Assembly (NCBI GenBank): GCA_963849245.1
Contig: CAWKIY010000056.1
Coordinates: forward strand, 1-59,756
Direction of reading: 5' to 3'
DNA from: a candidate division FCPU426 bacterium
GTDB taxonomy: Bacteria > Oederibacteriota > Muellerivitia > Muellerivitales > Muellerivitaceae
Length of the DNA: 59,756 nucleotides
In this document: positions 17,805-27,122 of the stretch, piece by piece
Layout of the letters: each line of letters starts with the position of its first letter
Position numbering within the stretch: position 1 is the stretch's first letter
Notes under the pieces: model-generated
Seen by the model: the letters and a program-made list of their open reading frames with translations, nothing else
Databases searched by the model: none
What the model was told of the DNA's origin: nothing
Made by a program: the position numbers and the translations under genes

Positions 17805-19163
17805 TTATTGCTGATCAGGCGGAATCCAAGAAAGGGCGATCCGGCGGATAAGCGTTCCATCCTTGGAGAAGAGCGCGTAATACTGGCCGTAAGGCAAAAG
17901 CCGTCCCTGGTCGTTTTTTCCGTCCCAGGAAAGCCACGATTCTTTTTCATAACCCACATGCTTGTCGTAAAGCGTATTCACGTGATTTCCCTGTCCATCC
18001 ACAATTTCCAATTTATATTCGCCAGGACCATCGGCGAAACTCACGTCAATATTGACCGGAGGATTCACGAACACAATCGTTTCCGGCATCGTTAAGGCCG
18101 CGGCGGTTTGAGGAATGCGAGTGGCGGTCGGGATTACCCGGGCAGGCACCCGCGTAGGCTTGGGCCGGTAACGCCTAATCGGCGTCGCGGTCGGGGCCGG
18201 AGGAAGCGGTAAAGGCGTCGCCGTGGGACGAGGCCGGTAATGGAACACCCTCGTCGGGGTCGAGGTCCAAATAACAATGGGTGTTGGTGTTGGAATTTTC
18301 GGCGGCGCCTTGTGACGGACAATAGGAATTGGCGTGGAAGTAGGTGTAGGAATATAAGGCGTCGGAGTCTTCGTCGGCCTCGGCGGAATGGGAGTAAAGG
18401 TCGGCCGGGGCGGAACCGGCGTGAAAGTGGGACGGGGAGGTACCGGTGTGGCCGTCGGCTGAACCTTGGGCGTCGGTTTGGGTTTTTGCCGCGGCTGGAT
18501 ACAGCCGGGCGGGTTCACAACCTCAAGCGGAAATGTCTGGCGGAAAAGCCATCTCTCACCCACGTGCGTCACGAGCATCGCGTCATTCTTAAAAGTCGAA
18601 AGATAGGAAGCGGGCTTGTGGGTTTGAGGATCGATTAAGGTAACGGCCAAACTCATCGACGGGGCCGAAATCTTCGCTGGCGCCCAAGCGCTGTCGTCAA
18701 AATCCGGGTCGGCCCATCCGGAAGGATTGGCGACGGTCTTGTCCCCGTTATGGTAATTCAAATGCTTGCCGTTATCGCTGCTGGTGATCATCACACTGGT
18801 ATTATCGGAAAAGGTAATGTTCAACACATAAGCCACTCCCAGGGTGTCACCGGTCACGTCCGTTTCGTCGGAGTCGCTTCGGCGCTCCACTGTCTCGCTG
18901 TATTCCAAACCCAGGCAGTTGGCCTCCACGAAATAACAAAGCTGATCCGTCGTCAACTCAACCGTCACGTAACCCTTGGACTTGCTCATGTTCGGATCCT
19001 GGTCCACGATCTCATGGCCGTTCAAATAAACGTCCGTCCAATCGCCCACGGATAATTGCAGGGTGGCGGCTTTGACGTAGCGGCCCGATTGAGCCCAAAG
19101 GGGCCCGGCGCCGAAAAGAACTAAAGAACTCAGAACCCCAAATGTCAGGAATAACTTTTTCAA
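17805..19163 (-). CDS. Secreted protein with long Pro/Thr-rich linker and FlgD-Ig-like C-terminal domain
   Basis: GAGGG lies 6 nt before the TTG at 19163 (MKKLFLTFGVLSSLVLFGAGPLWA signal). Pro-rich region is at about 18102-18506 and includes three copies of PVPPRPTFT. The C-terminal LSWDGKNDQGRLLPYGQYY block resembles FlgD Ig-like domains. Confidence 0.6.
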   Translation of the reverse strand: MKKLFLTFGVLSSLVLFGAGPLWAQSGRYVKAATLQLSVGDWTDVYLNGHEIVDQDPNMSKSKGYVTVELTTDQLCYFVEANCLGLEYSETVERRSDSDETDVTGDTLGVAYVLNITFSDNTSVMITSSDNGKHLNYHNGDKTVANPSGWADPDFDDSAWAPAKISAPSMSLAVTLIDPQTHKPASYLSTFKNDAMLVTHVGERWLFRQTFPLEVVNPPGCIQPRQKPKPTPKVQPTATPVPPRPTFTPVPPRPTFTPIPPRPTKTPTPYIPTPTSTPIPIVRHKAPPKIPTPTPIVIWTSTPTRVFHYRPRPTATPLPLPPAPTATPIRRYRPKPTRVPARVIPTATRIPQTAAALTMPETIVFVNPPVNIDVSFADGPGEYKLEIVDGQGNHVNTLYDKHVGYEKESWLSWDGKNDQGRLLPYGQYYALFSKDGTLIRRIALSWIPPDQQ

Positions 19164-19307
19164 AAACAACCCTCTTCACTTGAAATACCCCGCCTTCTTT
19201 AGACGCGGGAGAAAAACGAAAGGTGAATTTTATCAAAATCTATATCTTTGAATACAAAGCTTTTAGGGAAAAAGTCACCCTCATTCGGCCATTTGAAGCC
19301 GAAAGCG

Positions 19308-19673
19308 TTACAAACGCTTGGTTTTGGAATGCTTAAGTTGGGGCGCTCGATAATGAAGAACCCTCGTATCTTGAACCGTCACCAGGCAATGCTTGGGCAA
19401 GAAAGGTTCTACCGCGTTTAAGGCTTTTAAGATTTGTTTCGAGGTGTCGGTGACCTCAATCATCATTGGCAGATTTTCACTCAGTTCCAACACGCCCGCA
19501 TCATGGATATGGGCGGCGGAGCCAAACCCTTCCACCCCTTTGAACACGGTCGCCCCCGCCATTTTTAAACCCAATAGTTTTTCAAGGAGGGCTCTGTAGA
19601 GAAGCTGGTTTCCCAGTTTGATATTTTCATCCAAATAAATCCGAAGCACTTTGGCTTTACCTAAAAGTTTCAT
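19308..19673 (-). CDS. DUF190 (PII-like) protein, CrcB-associated
   Basis: VLRIYLDE...ATVFKGVEGFG pattern. AAGGAG lies 6 nt before the ATG. Immediately downstream of crcB. Confidence 0.75.
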   Translation of the reverse strand: MKLLGKAKVLRIYLDENIKLGNQLLYRALLEKLLGLKMAGATVFKGVEGFGSAAHIHDAGVLELSENLPMMIEVTDTSKQILKALNAVEPFLPKHCLVTVQDTRVLHYRAPQLKHSKTKRL

Positions 19674-19683
19674 GATCGGCTCC

Positions 19684-20058
19684 TTATAGTAGCTTCACTA
19701 GCATGATCCCGCCCCAGGTTCCCAAAAGACAGCCCCCCACACTTAAAATAATATTCAGGCTGGCGTATTTGAAGTTGCCCTCGGAGATATAACGGAAGGT
19801 ATCCCAGCTGAAAGTGGAAAAGGTGGTGAAAGTGGCGCAAAAGCCCACTGTTAGGAACAGCCGGACATTGGGTGAAAAAACGCCCCGGGTCGTGTTCATA
19901 TAAAGTACCCACGCCATGATAAAAGAACCAAGAACGTTGATCATCAAGGTTCCCACGGCGAAGGCGCTTCCCCATTTTTCCACCGCCCACAATCCCATCA
20001 AATAGCGGCTCCAGGCTCCCAACACCGCGCCCAGGGCGATCCAAATAAATTTATCCAT
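19684..20058 (-). CDS. crcB: Fluoride ion channel CrcB/Fluc
   Basis: GTLMINVLGSF and FCATFTTFSTFS motifs. The ATG at 20058 is preceded by GGGGAGGAA. A fluoride riboswitch lies directly upstream. Confidence 0.9.
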   Translation of the reverse strand: MDKFIWIALGAVLGAWSRYLMGLWAVEKWGSAFAVGTLMINVLGSFIMAWVLYMNTTRGVFSPNVRLFLTVGFCATFTTFSTFSWDTFRYISEGNFKYASLNIILSVGGCLLGTWGGIMLVKLL

Positions 20059-20071
20059 GCGGTTCCTCCCC

Positions 20072-20152
20072 AAAATAAAAAACCCCTACCGGTCTTGACC
20101 AGTAGGAGTCATTAGCCCCCCAGGGGCGGTTTTGGCGAACTCCATCGCCGTT
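20072..20152 (-). promoter_or_regulatory. Fluoride riboswitch (crcB motif) with terminator expression platform
   Basis: The minus strand reads GGCGAUGGAGUUCGCCAAAACCGCCCCUGGGGGGCUAAUGACUCCUACUG, a near-consensus crcB aptamer. CCUACUGG/CCGGUAGG then forms a hairpin followed by UUUUUUAUUUU, overlapping the 3' end of the aptamer. Confidence 0.9.
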
Positions 20153-20252
20153 GTGATCACGATTAAAATAGTACGGCATCCCGAAGACCGCCGCAAGAAA
20201 GAAAGTTATTCTCCCGTCTGGCAAACGGCCAAAACACACTGAATCCGTGGAT

Positions 20253-21716
20253 TTATTTTAAATCCGCCGAACGGTCGTCGGTGATTTTAAAGGTATCCAT
20301 GATCTCATCGGTGGCTTGCTTCATCTTTTCAGCGTCGAGAATAATGGTGGAGCCGAACCACTCATGATCATCGACTTCAATCACGTCATATTTCCCCAGA
20401 GGGTGGTCAAAAGCGTCCACCACATCCTTGATTTCCGAAATAGGACGGCCATTCACTTGGGTCACAATGAGATTGGTCAACTTATCGTATCCCTTGTTAA
20501 TTTCATGCGGCAGGACATGGGTGATTAGGACGACTTGTTTACGGCTCGCCGAGGTGTAGCCATGAAAAAATAAATCCTGCAGCTCGGGTTTGAAGTTTTC
20601 CCAGTTGGTCGTCGCGAAATAATTAATAGTCAGGGGAACAAACACAAACCCGGCCGCCGTGAAATAAGAGGGGTGCCGGTTATCCGACCGGCAATCCAGA
20701 AGGCGCGAAATCGGCTTGAGGGGCATTTTCACTTTTAGAGGCTTTCCGTCCCGGAGAATATCCAGGGTCATGGATTCACCCATCAAGTAAAAAGTGGCGA
20801 GGTAATATTCGGGGATTCGGCCTATCTTTTTCAAAGTAACATAGCCCTCGTCGTCCACGGGATACCCATCCAACGCTGTCAGGACATCCCCCTCTTTCAG
20901 GAATCCATCCGCCGATCCGTTGTAGAGAATCTTCGTGACGACCTCGCCCGTTTGTTTCGGGGGAATCTTGAAATAAGCGCGCAGGGTTGGATTTTTTAAG
21001 TCCTGGGTATAGAACCCTAAATCCGGAAATCCGTCATAGACGCGCCCGTTCGCGATGCCCTTAAAAAACCGCTGGATCACGTTAATCGGAATGAGTGATC
21101 CGGTCTTATCCGGTTTTCCCGTGCACTCGAAAGGGATGCCGACAAACTTACCGCCGCTAAAAACCGGACAGCCGTCGTTGATGCCGTCAATCGGCCCGTT
21201 GGTGAGGATCGCCGGCACTTGGCGTCCCCCTTCCATGCTCCAAACCATGTCCATGCCGGAAACGGAGTCTTCCTTGATCGAAAGCTCGCTTCCCCCTTGG
21301 ATCAGCAGCTTGTCGCCCCGGCCCGGCAGGTCGCCGAATTCCACGGGCTTAGTGCCGGTGAAGAAATCATCGTCCTCCACGCTCAAGAGGGCCAAGTCCA
21401 AATCAAACCCGAGTTTCTCCACCTTCGCCACATAGCGCTTGGTTTCGCCGAATTTTTGAACCTCAATAAAATTACCCTTATTGATCAGGTGGGCCGTGGT
21501 CAGAACACGCTTACCCGGCAGAATCACGCCGCATCCCTGCATCTGCACCGGCGACCCGGGCTTCCAAGGCTCGTAATAATCGACATTTTGCGCGGTGGTA
21601 AAGACTTTCACCACGGAGAGTTTGAGGCTGTCATCCCCGGCCCAAGCGCAGACGCAAAGAAACAAGACCAGGCATAATCCCAACATTATTTTCAGTTTCG
21701 AGAGGATGGAGTTCAT
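20253..21716 (-). CDS. Deg/HtrA-like S1C-fold protein with PDZ-like region; nucleophile Ser replaced by Asp (predicted pseudo-protease)
   Basis: Paralog of 21716..23206. His (TTAHLI) and Asp (DLDLALL) are kept, but GNSGGP reads INDGCP, with a GAC codon at 21174-21176. The start ATG shares a base with the upstream TAA. Confidence 0.75.
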   Translation of the reverse strand: MNSILSKLKIMLGLCLVLFLCVCAWAGDDSLKLSVVKVFTTAQNVDYYEPWKPGSPVQMQGCGVILPGKRVLTTAHLINKGNFIEVQKFGETKRYVAKVEKLGFDLDLALLSVEDDDFFTGTKPVEFGDLPGRGDKLLIQGGSELSIKEDSVSGMDMVWSMEGGRQVPAILTNGPIDGINDGCPVFSGGKFVGIPFECTGKPDKTGSLIPINVIQRFFKGIANGRVYDGFPDLGFYTQDLKNPTLRAYFKIPPKQTGEVVTKILYNGSADGFLKEGDVLTALDGYPVDDEGYVTLKKIGRIPEYYLATFYLMGESMTLDILRDGKPLKVKMPLKPISRLLDCRSDNRHPSYFTAAGFVFVPLTINYFATTNWENFKPELQDLFFHGYTSASRKQVVLITHVLPHEINKGYDKLTNLIVTQVNGRPISEIKDVVDAFDHPLGKYDVIEVDDHEWFGSTIILDAEKMKQATDEIMDTFKITDDRSADLK

Positions 21717-23206
21717 TATTTTTCCTCCTTCAAGTCAGGCGATCGGTCGCTGGGAATATCATATTGATCCAGTATTTCATCTGACGCCTGCTTGGACTTG
21801 GCCGCGTCCAAAAGAATCGTGGTTCCCACTTCCGCGGCCTTATCAATTTTAATGACATGGCGGCCGTCCTGGGGATCGTTAAAGGCCGCGATGAGATCCT
21901 TCATTTCCGAGATATTGTGGCCGTTCACTTGGGTGACAATCAGGTTGCTGTACTTGGAGTCATACCCCTGGTTGATCGAATGGGCCAGCACATGGTTGAG
22001 AAGCACGACCTGCTTTCGGTTTTCCGAGGGCAGTCCGTGGAAATAAAGGAGCTTCAAATCGGTCGGGGTATCTTTCGTGATCCCGGGATAATTGGTATTG
22101 AACGGTGTAAAGACTAGGCCGTCAAAAATGAAATAGGTCGGTTTCACGTCATACTGCACCAGGGGGATCAACCGAAGTTCGGGTTTTAAGACAACCTCCA
22201 CATCCAGAAGCGCTTTATCCCGGAGAACTTTTAATTTGATCTTGTCCCCCATCTGGCGAAGGTCGAGGGGATATTGGAAATGAATCCGCTCCCCCTTACG
22301 GAACGAAATGGTCGCGTCGTTGGCGATCGGATATCCGTCGATGGATAAGAGCACGTCGTTCTTTTTCAAAAGATTCCAGGCCGAGGATTGGTAAAGGACT
22401 TCGGTGATGAGAATCCCCGTCTGATCCGGTTTCATCCCGTAATAATCCCTCAAGGAATCATTCTCCATGGTTTCCGTATAGATACCCAATGTGGGGATAC
22501 CCTGGTAGCTTCCTTTTTTAATTTCCGTGAGGAACCGTTTGATGATGGGCACCGGAACGAAGAACCCGGTGTTTTGGGCTACTGCCCCGTTATAACCCTG
22601 AAAAGCGACCCCGACCATTTTTTTGTCCTTGAACACCGGCCCGCCGCTATTGCCCGGGTTGATCGCCGCGTCCGTCTGAACATCCAGGATGGACCGCATG
22701 GAATGCGCGTAAGTGGAAACCTCAATCCGGGAGACAACACCCTCCGTGATGGAGAGCTCTTCCCCGCCCACCGGAAACCCGTAAACCGCCACCTTATCCC
22801 GTTTAAAAGGCAGGTCGCCAAACGTCACCGGCTGGGTGCCCTGAAAAAACTTCGGGTCGTTCACCTTCAAAATCGCCAAGTCGCAGTCATGGGCGACAAA
22901 TTCCCGTTTGGCGATATATTTCTTACTGTCCCCTTCCTTGAGGACCTCGACGAAAATCGCGTTGGAAACCACATGAGCGTTGGTCAGAATTCGGTTGCCG
23001 GGAAGTACGCACCCGCTTCCGCTGACATACTGGGGCGATCCAATCCGCCAGGGTTCATAGAAATTCGGGTCCTGCATGGTGGTAAAAATTTTAACGAGAG
23101 ATTTATCCAGAGGATCATTCCCGGCGGAAGAAAGACCGGGAACGAGAAATAAGATAAAAAGAAAGAGTCCGCGAACAATTTCAAATGGGTAAAGAGACCG
23201 CTTCAT
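21716..23206 (-). CDS. Deg/HtrA-like S1C serine protease with PDZ-like region
   Basis: Signal peptide; catalytic triad motifs TNAHVV, DCDLAIL and NPGNSGGPVF. The C-terminal half resembles Deg2/Deg9-type proteases. Confidence 0.85.
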   Translation of the reverse strand: MKRSLYPFEIVRGLFLFILFLVPGLSSAGNDPLDKSLVKIFTTMQDPNFYEPWRIGSPQYVSGSGCVLPGNRILTNAHVVSNAIFVEVLKEGDSKKYIAKREFVAHDCDLAILKVNDPKFFQGTQPVTFGDLPFKRDKVAVYGFPVGGEELSITEGVVSRIEVSTYAHSMRSILDVQTDAAINPGNSGGPVFKDKKMVGVAFQGYNGAVAQNTGFFVPVPIIKRFLTEIKKGSYQGIPTLGIYTETMENDSLRDYYGMKPDQTGILITEVLYQSSAWNLLKKNDVLLSIDGYPIANDATISFRKGERIHFQYPLDLRQMGDKIKLKVLRDKALLDVEVVLKPELRLIPLVQYDVKPTYFIFDGLVFTPFNTNYPGITKDTPTDLKLLYFHGLPSENRKQVVLLNHVLAHSINQGYDSKYSNLIVTQVNGHNISEMKDLIAAFNDPQDGRHVIKIDKAAEVGTTILLDAAKSKQASDEILDQYDIPSDRSPDLKEEK

Positions 23207-23379
23207 ATAAAGACCGCCTTCGTATGGATAACAGCGCGAGAGACAAGAAACTTCTTAAAAACGTCGATATGATAATGATATTGACGCTTTTGGAACAAGG
23301 TTTAACCCGCTAAACACCTGGAATAGCCATAAATAACCCTGAAATGACGGATAAACAATTCATAATTTAAGACGGGCGG

Positions 23380-24879
23380 TTAGTTCCGGGGCGGACTTGG
23401 AACTTCCCCGCCCTTTTGAAGGACGATCCAGTCCCCTTCGTCGAATATCTTCCGGTAACCCTTCGCCAAATCCGCTTGAATCATGGCCTCCACCGGCTCA
23501 AATCCATCCAAAGGCCAGCGGTAAAAATCCTTGCAAGCCACGAAATAATCGCAATCCCAGTTCAAACGATTCAACCCCGCCACGTAAATATCCTTCCGAT
23601 GGGCCAAATGGGCCGCGATGGTGTCTTGGGCCATCACCGAGGCCTCCGGAGGAATCAAAGCTAAAACCCGGGGACCCATGATTTCCTCCGGCTTGAACCG
23701 GTAGAACTTCACGCGCAATAGATCCCGCAAGGGGAAAATAGGCGTCACAGCCGCGTTGAGGATAAGCGTGCCAAGGGAAACCGCTAGAATAGTTTTCCGG
23801 GCCCGGGCCGGGCTTTTTAAAAACTGGGACAGACGGTAAAGTCCATCCACGCCCCCCATATAGATAATCGGGGCGATAGCCGCGGAGTAATAGTAGGCCA
23901 TGGAATAATGATGCTCAAAATTGGAGAGCATCCGCTCGGCATACAGCGGCAGGGTCAAAACAAAGAGCGGAGAAAGAAAAATCATTAACGAACAGGCCAT
24001 GTATCCGCAAACCAAGGTCGTGATTTTCTCCGAGTTCGAAAAAGCCACCTTGAAGACCAAAAAGGGATCATGCAGCGCCGCCCGCAGTCCCTCGCCGGGC
24101 GAACTCCCCAGTTCGGTATAGGCCCAATGGGGATAACCGGCGCTTCCCGCCAGGTAGGGGACCAAAACCAAGGCCAGCAGGTAAAACCCGGCCGCTCCCA
24201 ATCCCAGACAAATAATTCCGGGTTTCCAACGGCGCAGGATCATCAGATAAACGCCGAAAAAGAAAATCAGAATTCCCGAGTCTTCCTTGACGGTCAAAAG
24301 AAGAGCCAGGCAAAGAAAAGCCGGGGTCCAATCCTCGCTGTCGATAAAATCAACCGCGAAGGCGGTCAGCGGAAGCGCCAACAGGTCTGGATGGAAATCG
24401 CAGGCCATCGCCCTCTGGATTCCCCAGAAAAGGGTATAAGCCACGGTCCAGAAATAAGCGGGCTTCCTTCCCAGTTTTCTTCGCGTGAAACGAAAAACCG
24501 CGACCGCGCTCAAGGTGACCGCGAAAGACTGAAGAAAGAATAAAATTTCCGGCCCGGGAAAAATCCAATACAGCGGTGAGATCAGGGCGAGTACCGGATT
24601 GAAATGGTCTCCGAGCGCGTTGTGAAGCCCTAAGAAACTGCTGGAAGGCATTTGAAACCGGCTGTATTCCCAGACAATCTGGTCAAAAACCCCCAGATCC
24701 ACGCCCCCCGTCTGAAAACGCCATTGCCGGATACAGGATAAGAAAGAATAAACCACCGTCAGCAGGACCAGCCAAAGGGCCAAGGACTTTTCTTGCCGAA
24801 GGGTGGAAATAACGCTGAGAGATTCCGGTCGGGCGGAGGGGTCGGGATTGCGGGAGACAGTCTTTAAAGTTCTCGGCAT
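23380..24879 (-). CDS. DUF2079-family polytopic membrane protein (putative glycosyltransferase)
   Basis: GGVDLGVFDQIVWEYSRF motif and about 12 hydrophobic segments, typical of DUF2079. Confidence 0.7.
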   Translation of the reverse strand: MPRTLKTVSRNPDPSARPESLSVISTLRQEKSLALWLVLLTVVYSFLSCIRQWRFQTGGVDLGVFDQIVWEYSRFQMPSSSFLGLHNALGDHFNPVLALISPLYWIFPGPEILFFLQSFAVTLSAVAVFRFTRRKLGRKPAYFWTVAYTLFWGIQRAMACDFHPDLLALPLTAFAVDFIDSEDWTPAFLCLALLLTVKEDSGILIFFFGVYLMILRRWKPGIICLGLGAAGFYLLALVLVPYLAGSAGYPHWAYTELGSSPGEGLRAALHDPFLVFKVAFSNSEKITTLVCGYMACSLMIFLSPLFVLTLPLYAERMLSNFEHHYSMAYYYSAAIAPIIYMGGVDGLYRLSQFLKSPARARKTILAVSLGTLILNAAVTPIFPLRDLLRVKFYRFKPEEIMGPRVLALIPPEASVMAQDTIAAHLAHRKDIYVAGLNRLNWDCDYFVACKDFYRWPLDGFEPVEAMIQADLAKGYRKIFDEGDWIVLQKGGEVPSPPRN

Positions 24880-25165
24880 TAAAGAAATAGCCTGAAAGTC
24901 ATTTCTGATCTTAGGATAGGGTTCAACGAAATAGATTTCATCGGACGATTATATCCGCCCCGGAATAGTCGCAAAGAACAAAAGCCGGAAAAACCGAAAG
25001 CGAATCATCTTCGTATTCTTAGATGAGGAAGTCCCTCATCCCTTAGCCCTTTCGGCGGACGACAAACCCACCTAATCGGAAAAAAGATCGGATACCGGCA
25101 AACACTTTTCCCCTCGCGGCCGTTTTTGAGTCATAATTAAACCATCTTCATCGAGGAGGCAGTGA

Positions 25166-25537
25166 ATGCCCGACAAACCCAAGATCCAATGGTTATCCGA
25201 ACCCGAAGACAAGGATTATCCGGCGGCCCAATCTTATTTGAGCCTTCTTCATACGGAAACTGAAACGATTGGTTTCGTCAAAAAACTCAAGGACGCCAAG
25301 GTGACCCAGTTCAAGGCGAAAGACATCTTCCGCGCCACCGGATTGTCCCTGCTGGGCATCAGCAATTCGCATGTCACCAAGGACCAGCAAAAAATCAAGG
25401 ACGGCAAACCCCTCTCACCGCTCTTACTGGTCCGGGATCCTCAAAACGGCAAAGTGATTATCGCGGACGGCTATCACCGCCTCTGCGCGGTTTATTCCTT
25501 CGACGAGGACGAACTCATCCCCTGTAAAATCGTTTAG
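25166..25537 (+). CDS. Small ParB/sulfiredoxin-fold protein (123 aa)
   Basis: GAGGAGG lies 6 nt before the ATG. C-terminal KVIIADGYHRLCAVY...IPCKIV matches the ParB-N idGhHRl..A core. Confidence 0.5.
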   Translation: MPDKPKIQWLSEPEDKDYPAAQSYLSLLHTETETIGFVKKLKDAKVTQFKAKDIFRATGLSLLGISNSHVTKDQQKIKDGKPLSPLLLVRDPQNGKVIIADGYHRLCAVYSFDEDELIPCKIV

Positions 25538-25553
25538 CGCGGGATTGGAAGTT

Positions 25554-26003
25554 TCACCCGGGCCAATGGGGTTGATCCAGAAATAGCCGCTCAATCGATT
25601 TAACCAGCATGGGAAATTGGATCAGGTTCAGGGGTTTAACGAGGTAAGAGTCCGCGTTTAATAAGTAAGCCCGCCGGGCGTCCTTATCGTTGTGGGTGCC
25701 GGTCACGATCATAACGGGAATACGGTTCAGTTGAAAATCGCTCTTAATTTCCATTAATACTTCCCACCCGCTGATTTTGGGGAGGTTCAAGTCCAACAGG
25801 ACTAGGTCCGGATCAGGCGCGTCCGTGTAATTTCCCTGGTGGCGCAGATAAGCCAGCGCGTGCTCCCCGTCATAGGCCACCCCCAGACGCACCGGAATCC
25901 GGCACCGCTTCAGGACTTCCTTCATGAGAATCACATCGGTCCGGTTGTCTTCGGCCATCAAAATTTCAACCGCTTTCCCCGCGGTTTGAGTCATCGTGGT
26001 CAT
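25554..26003 (-). CDS. Stand-alone response-regulator receiver protein (CheY-like)
   Basis: EDN, LVLLDLNLP, MIVTGT and VKPL receiver motifs; no output domain. GGAGGAGG lies 6 nt before the ATG at 26003. Confidence 0.85.
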   Translation of the reverse strand: MTTMTQTAGKAVEILMAEDNRTDVILMKEVLKRCRIPVRLGVAYDGEHALAYLRHQGNYTDAPDPDLVLLDLNLPKISGWEVLMEIKSDFQLNRIPVMIVTGTHNDKDARRAYLLNADSYLVKPLNLIQFPMLVKSIERLFLDQPHWPG

Positions 26004-26226
26004 TTCCCGCCTCCTCCCCAAAAATAAGAACGCTTTATGATCGCTGTTATTTTTATTATTTTTCAATCCCCCGGGGGTCCAATTTGGGCTTGTCGATTAC
26101 ATAGACAAAAAAAGGGCGCCAAGTCGTTCGAGGTAAACGAAAAATTTAACCGGCCGCATTACCAATCCGCCCCTGCCGGCGTCAAAACAAAACGCCGTTT
26201 TAAATCAAGGATGGTCAACTCGCTGG

Positions 26227-27066
26227 ATGAGCTCGAATTCTTACGCCCCTGTTTTTATTTTGTGCCCGGAGCGTTCCGGGTCGACCCTGTTGCGCTATAT
26301 TTTGGATACCCACCCTGACATTTGCTGTCCCGGAGAGCTTTTTTTAGGCAAGCTCGCCGACGCCTTGGGCACGACCATTTCCCGCACGACCGCCTTAATC
26401 ACCACGGATGACCCGAAAGCGGTTGAGCAGTTCACCTGGACCGAGGTGAATCGGATTCTCACGGACTTACTTTCAAGGTTCACCCAGAGCCGGGGCAAGA
26501 AACTTTGGTGCGACAAGACCCCCGCCAATGTTCAAAACCTGGAAGAACTGCGGGATGTTTTTCCCGACGCTCGCTATATCTGTCTGCACCGCGACAGCCT
26601 GGACACGGTGTATTCCTGCCTGGAAATGCGCCGGGAATTAAAACCCAACGACGCCTACACTCCCTTTGAGTCAACGCACCCCGAGTTGGTTCTTTCCTAC
26701 ATGCTGGAAAAATGGATCAAGCAGACCGAAACGATTCTCGATTTCGAGGCCGCCCATCCGCCCGCGCACCGCCTCCGCTACGAGGACCTCATTCGCGAGC
26801 CGGTTAAAACCCTGGATCCCCTGTTCCGTTTTTTAGGCTTGCCTTGGGAGGCTTCGATGCTGGACCGCGTTTTTACCGCCGCGCATGACCTCGGAGGCGG
26901 CGATGAAAAGATCCGGGAGACCCACAGGATTGAGGAGAAAAACAGCGAAAAAGGCGCGGATATTAACCCGGCCTTGTGGAAGCGGATACCGTCACCGCTT
27001 CTCCAACGCCAAAAAAAGCTTCACCTGATTTTGGGATATCCGATAAACCGAAAGCCCATCCGGTAA
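26227..27066 (+). CDS. Sulfotransferase-family protein
   Basis: PERSGSTLL 5'-phosphosulfate-binding loop; RYICLHRD and YEDL regions. Confidence 0.75.
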   Translation: MSSNSYAPVFILCPERSGSTLLRYILDTHPDICCPGELFLGKLADALGTTISRTTALITTDDPKAVEQFTWTEVNRILTDLLSRFTQSRGKKLWCDKTPANVQNLEELRDVFPDARYICLHRDSLDTVYSCLEMRRELKPNDAYTPFESTHPELVLSYMLEKWIKQTETILDFEAAHPPAHRLRYEDLIREPVKTLDPLFRFLGLPWEASMLDRVFTAAHDLGGGDEKIRETHRIEEKNSEKGADINPALWKRIPSPLLQRQKKLHLILGYPINRKPIR

Positions 27067-27122
27067 CCTGAAAAAAAGATTCTCTTTGAGCTTATCAATT
27101 CATCTCTTACAAAAGCCCGCGA

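Noticed and set aside
22388-23152. Long antisense ORFs opposite well-supported genes. Examples: 22388..23152 (+), 12377..13087 (+), 35952..36779 (+), 29143..29676 (+), 29944..30681 (-), 49904..50506 (-), 51809..52537 (-), 7253..7717 (-).
   Set aside because: Each lies fully inside a gene with clear family motifs on the other strand. Their products are Arg/Gly/Pro-rich low-complexity strings with no Shine-Dalgarno sequence or domain signal. This is typical of mirror-frame artefacts.
24968-25025. Possible third, degenerate copy of the CACNAAG inverted-repeat family (gcaaagaacaaaag ... atcttcgtattcttag).
   Set aside because: Arm complementarity and similarity to the other two elements are too weak to distinguish from chance by eye.
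26037-26318. 93-aa ORF in the response-regulator / sulfotransferase spacer.
   Set aside because: It overlaps the 5' ends of both flanking genes, and has no Shine-Dalgarno sequence and no recognisable motif. It probably spans the divergent promoter region.
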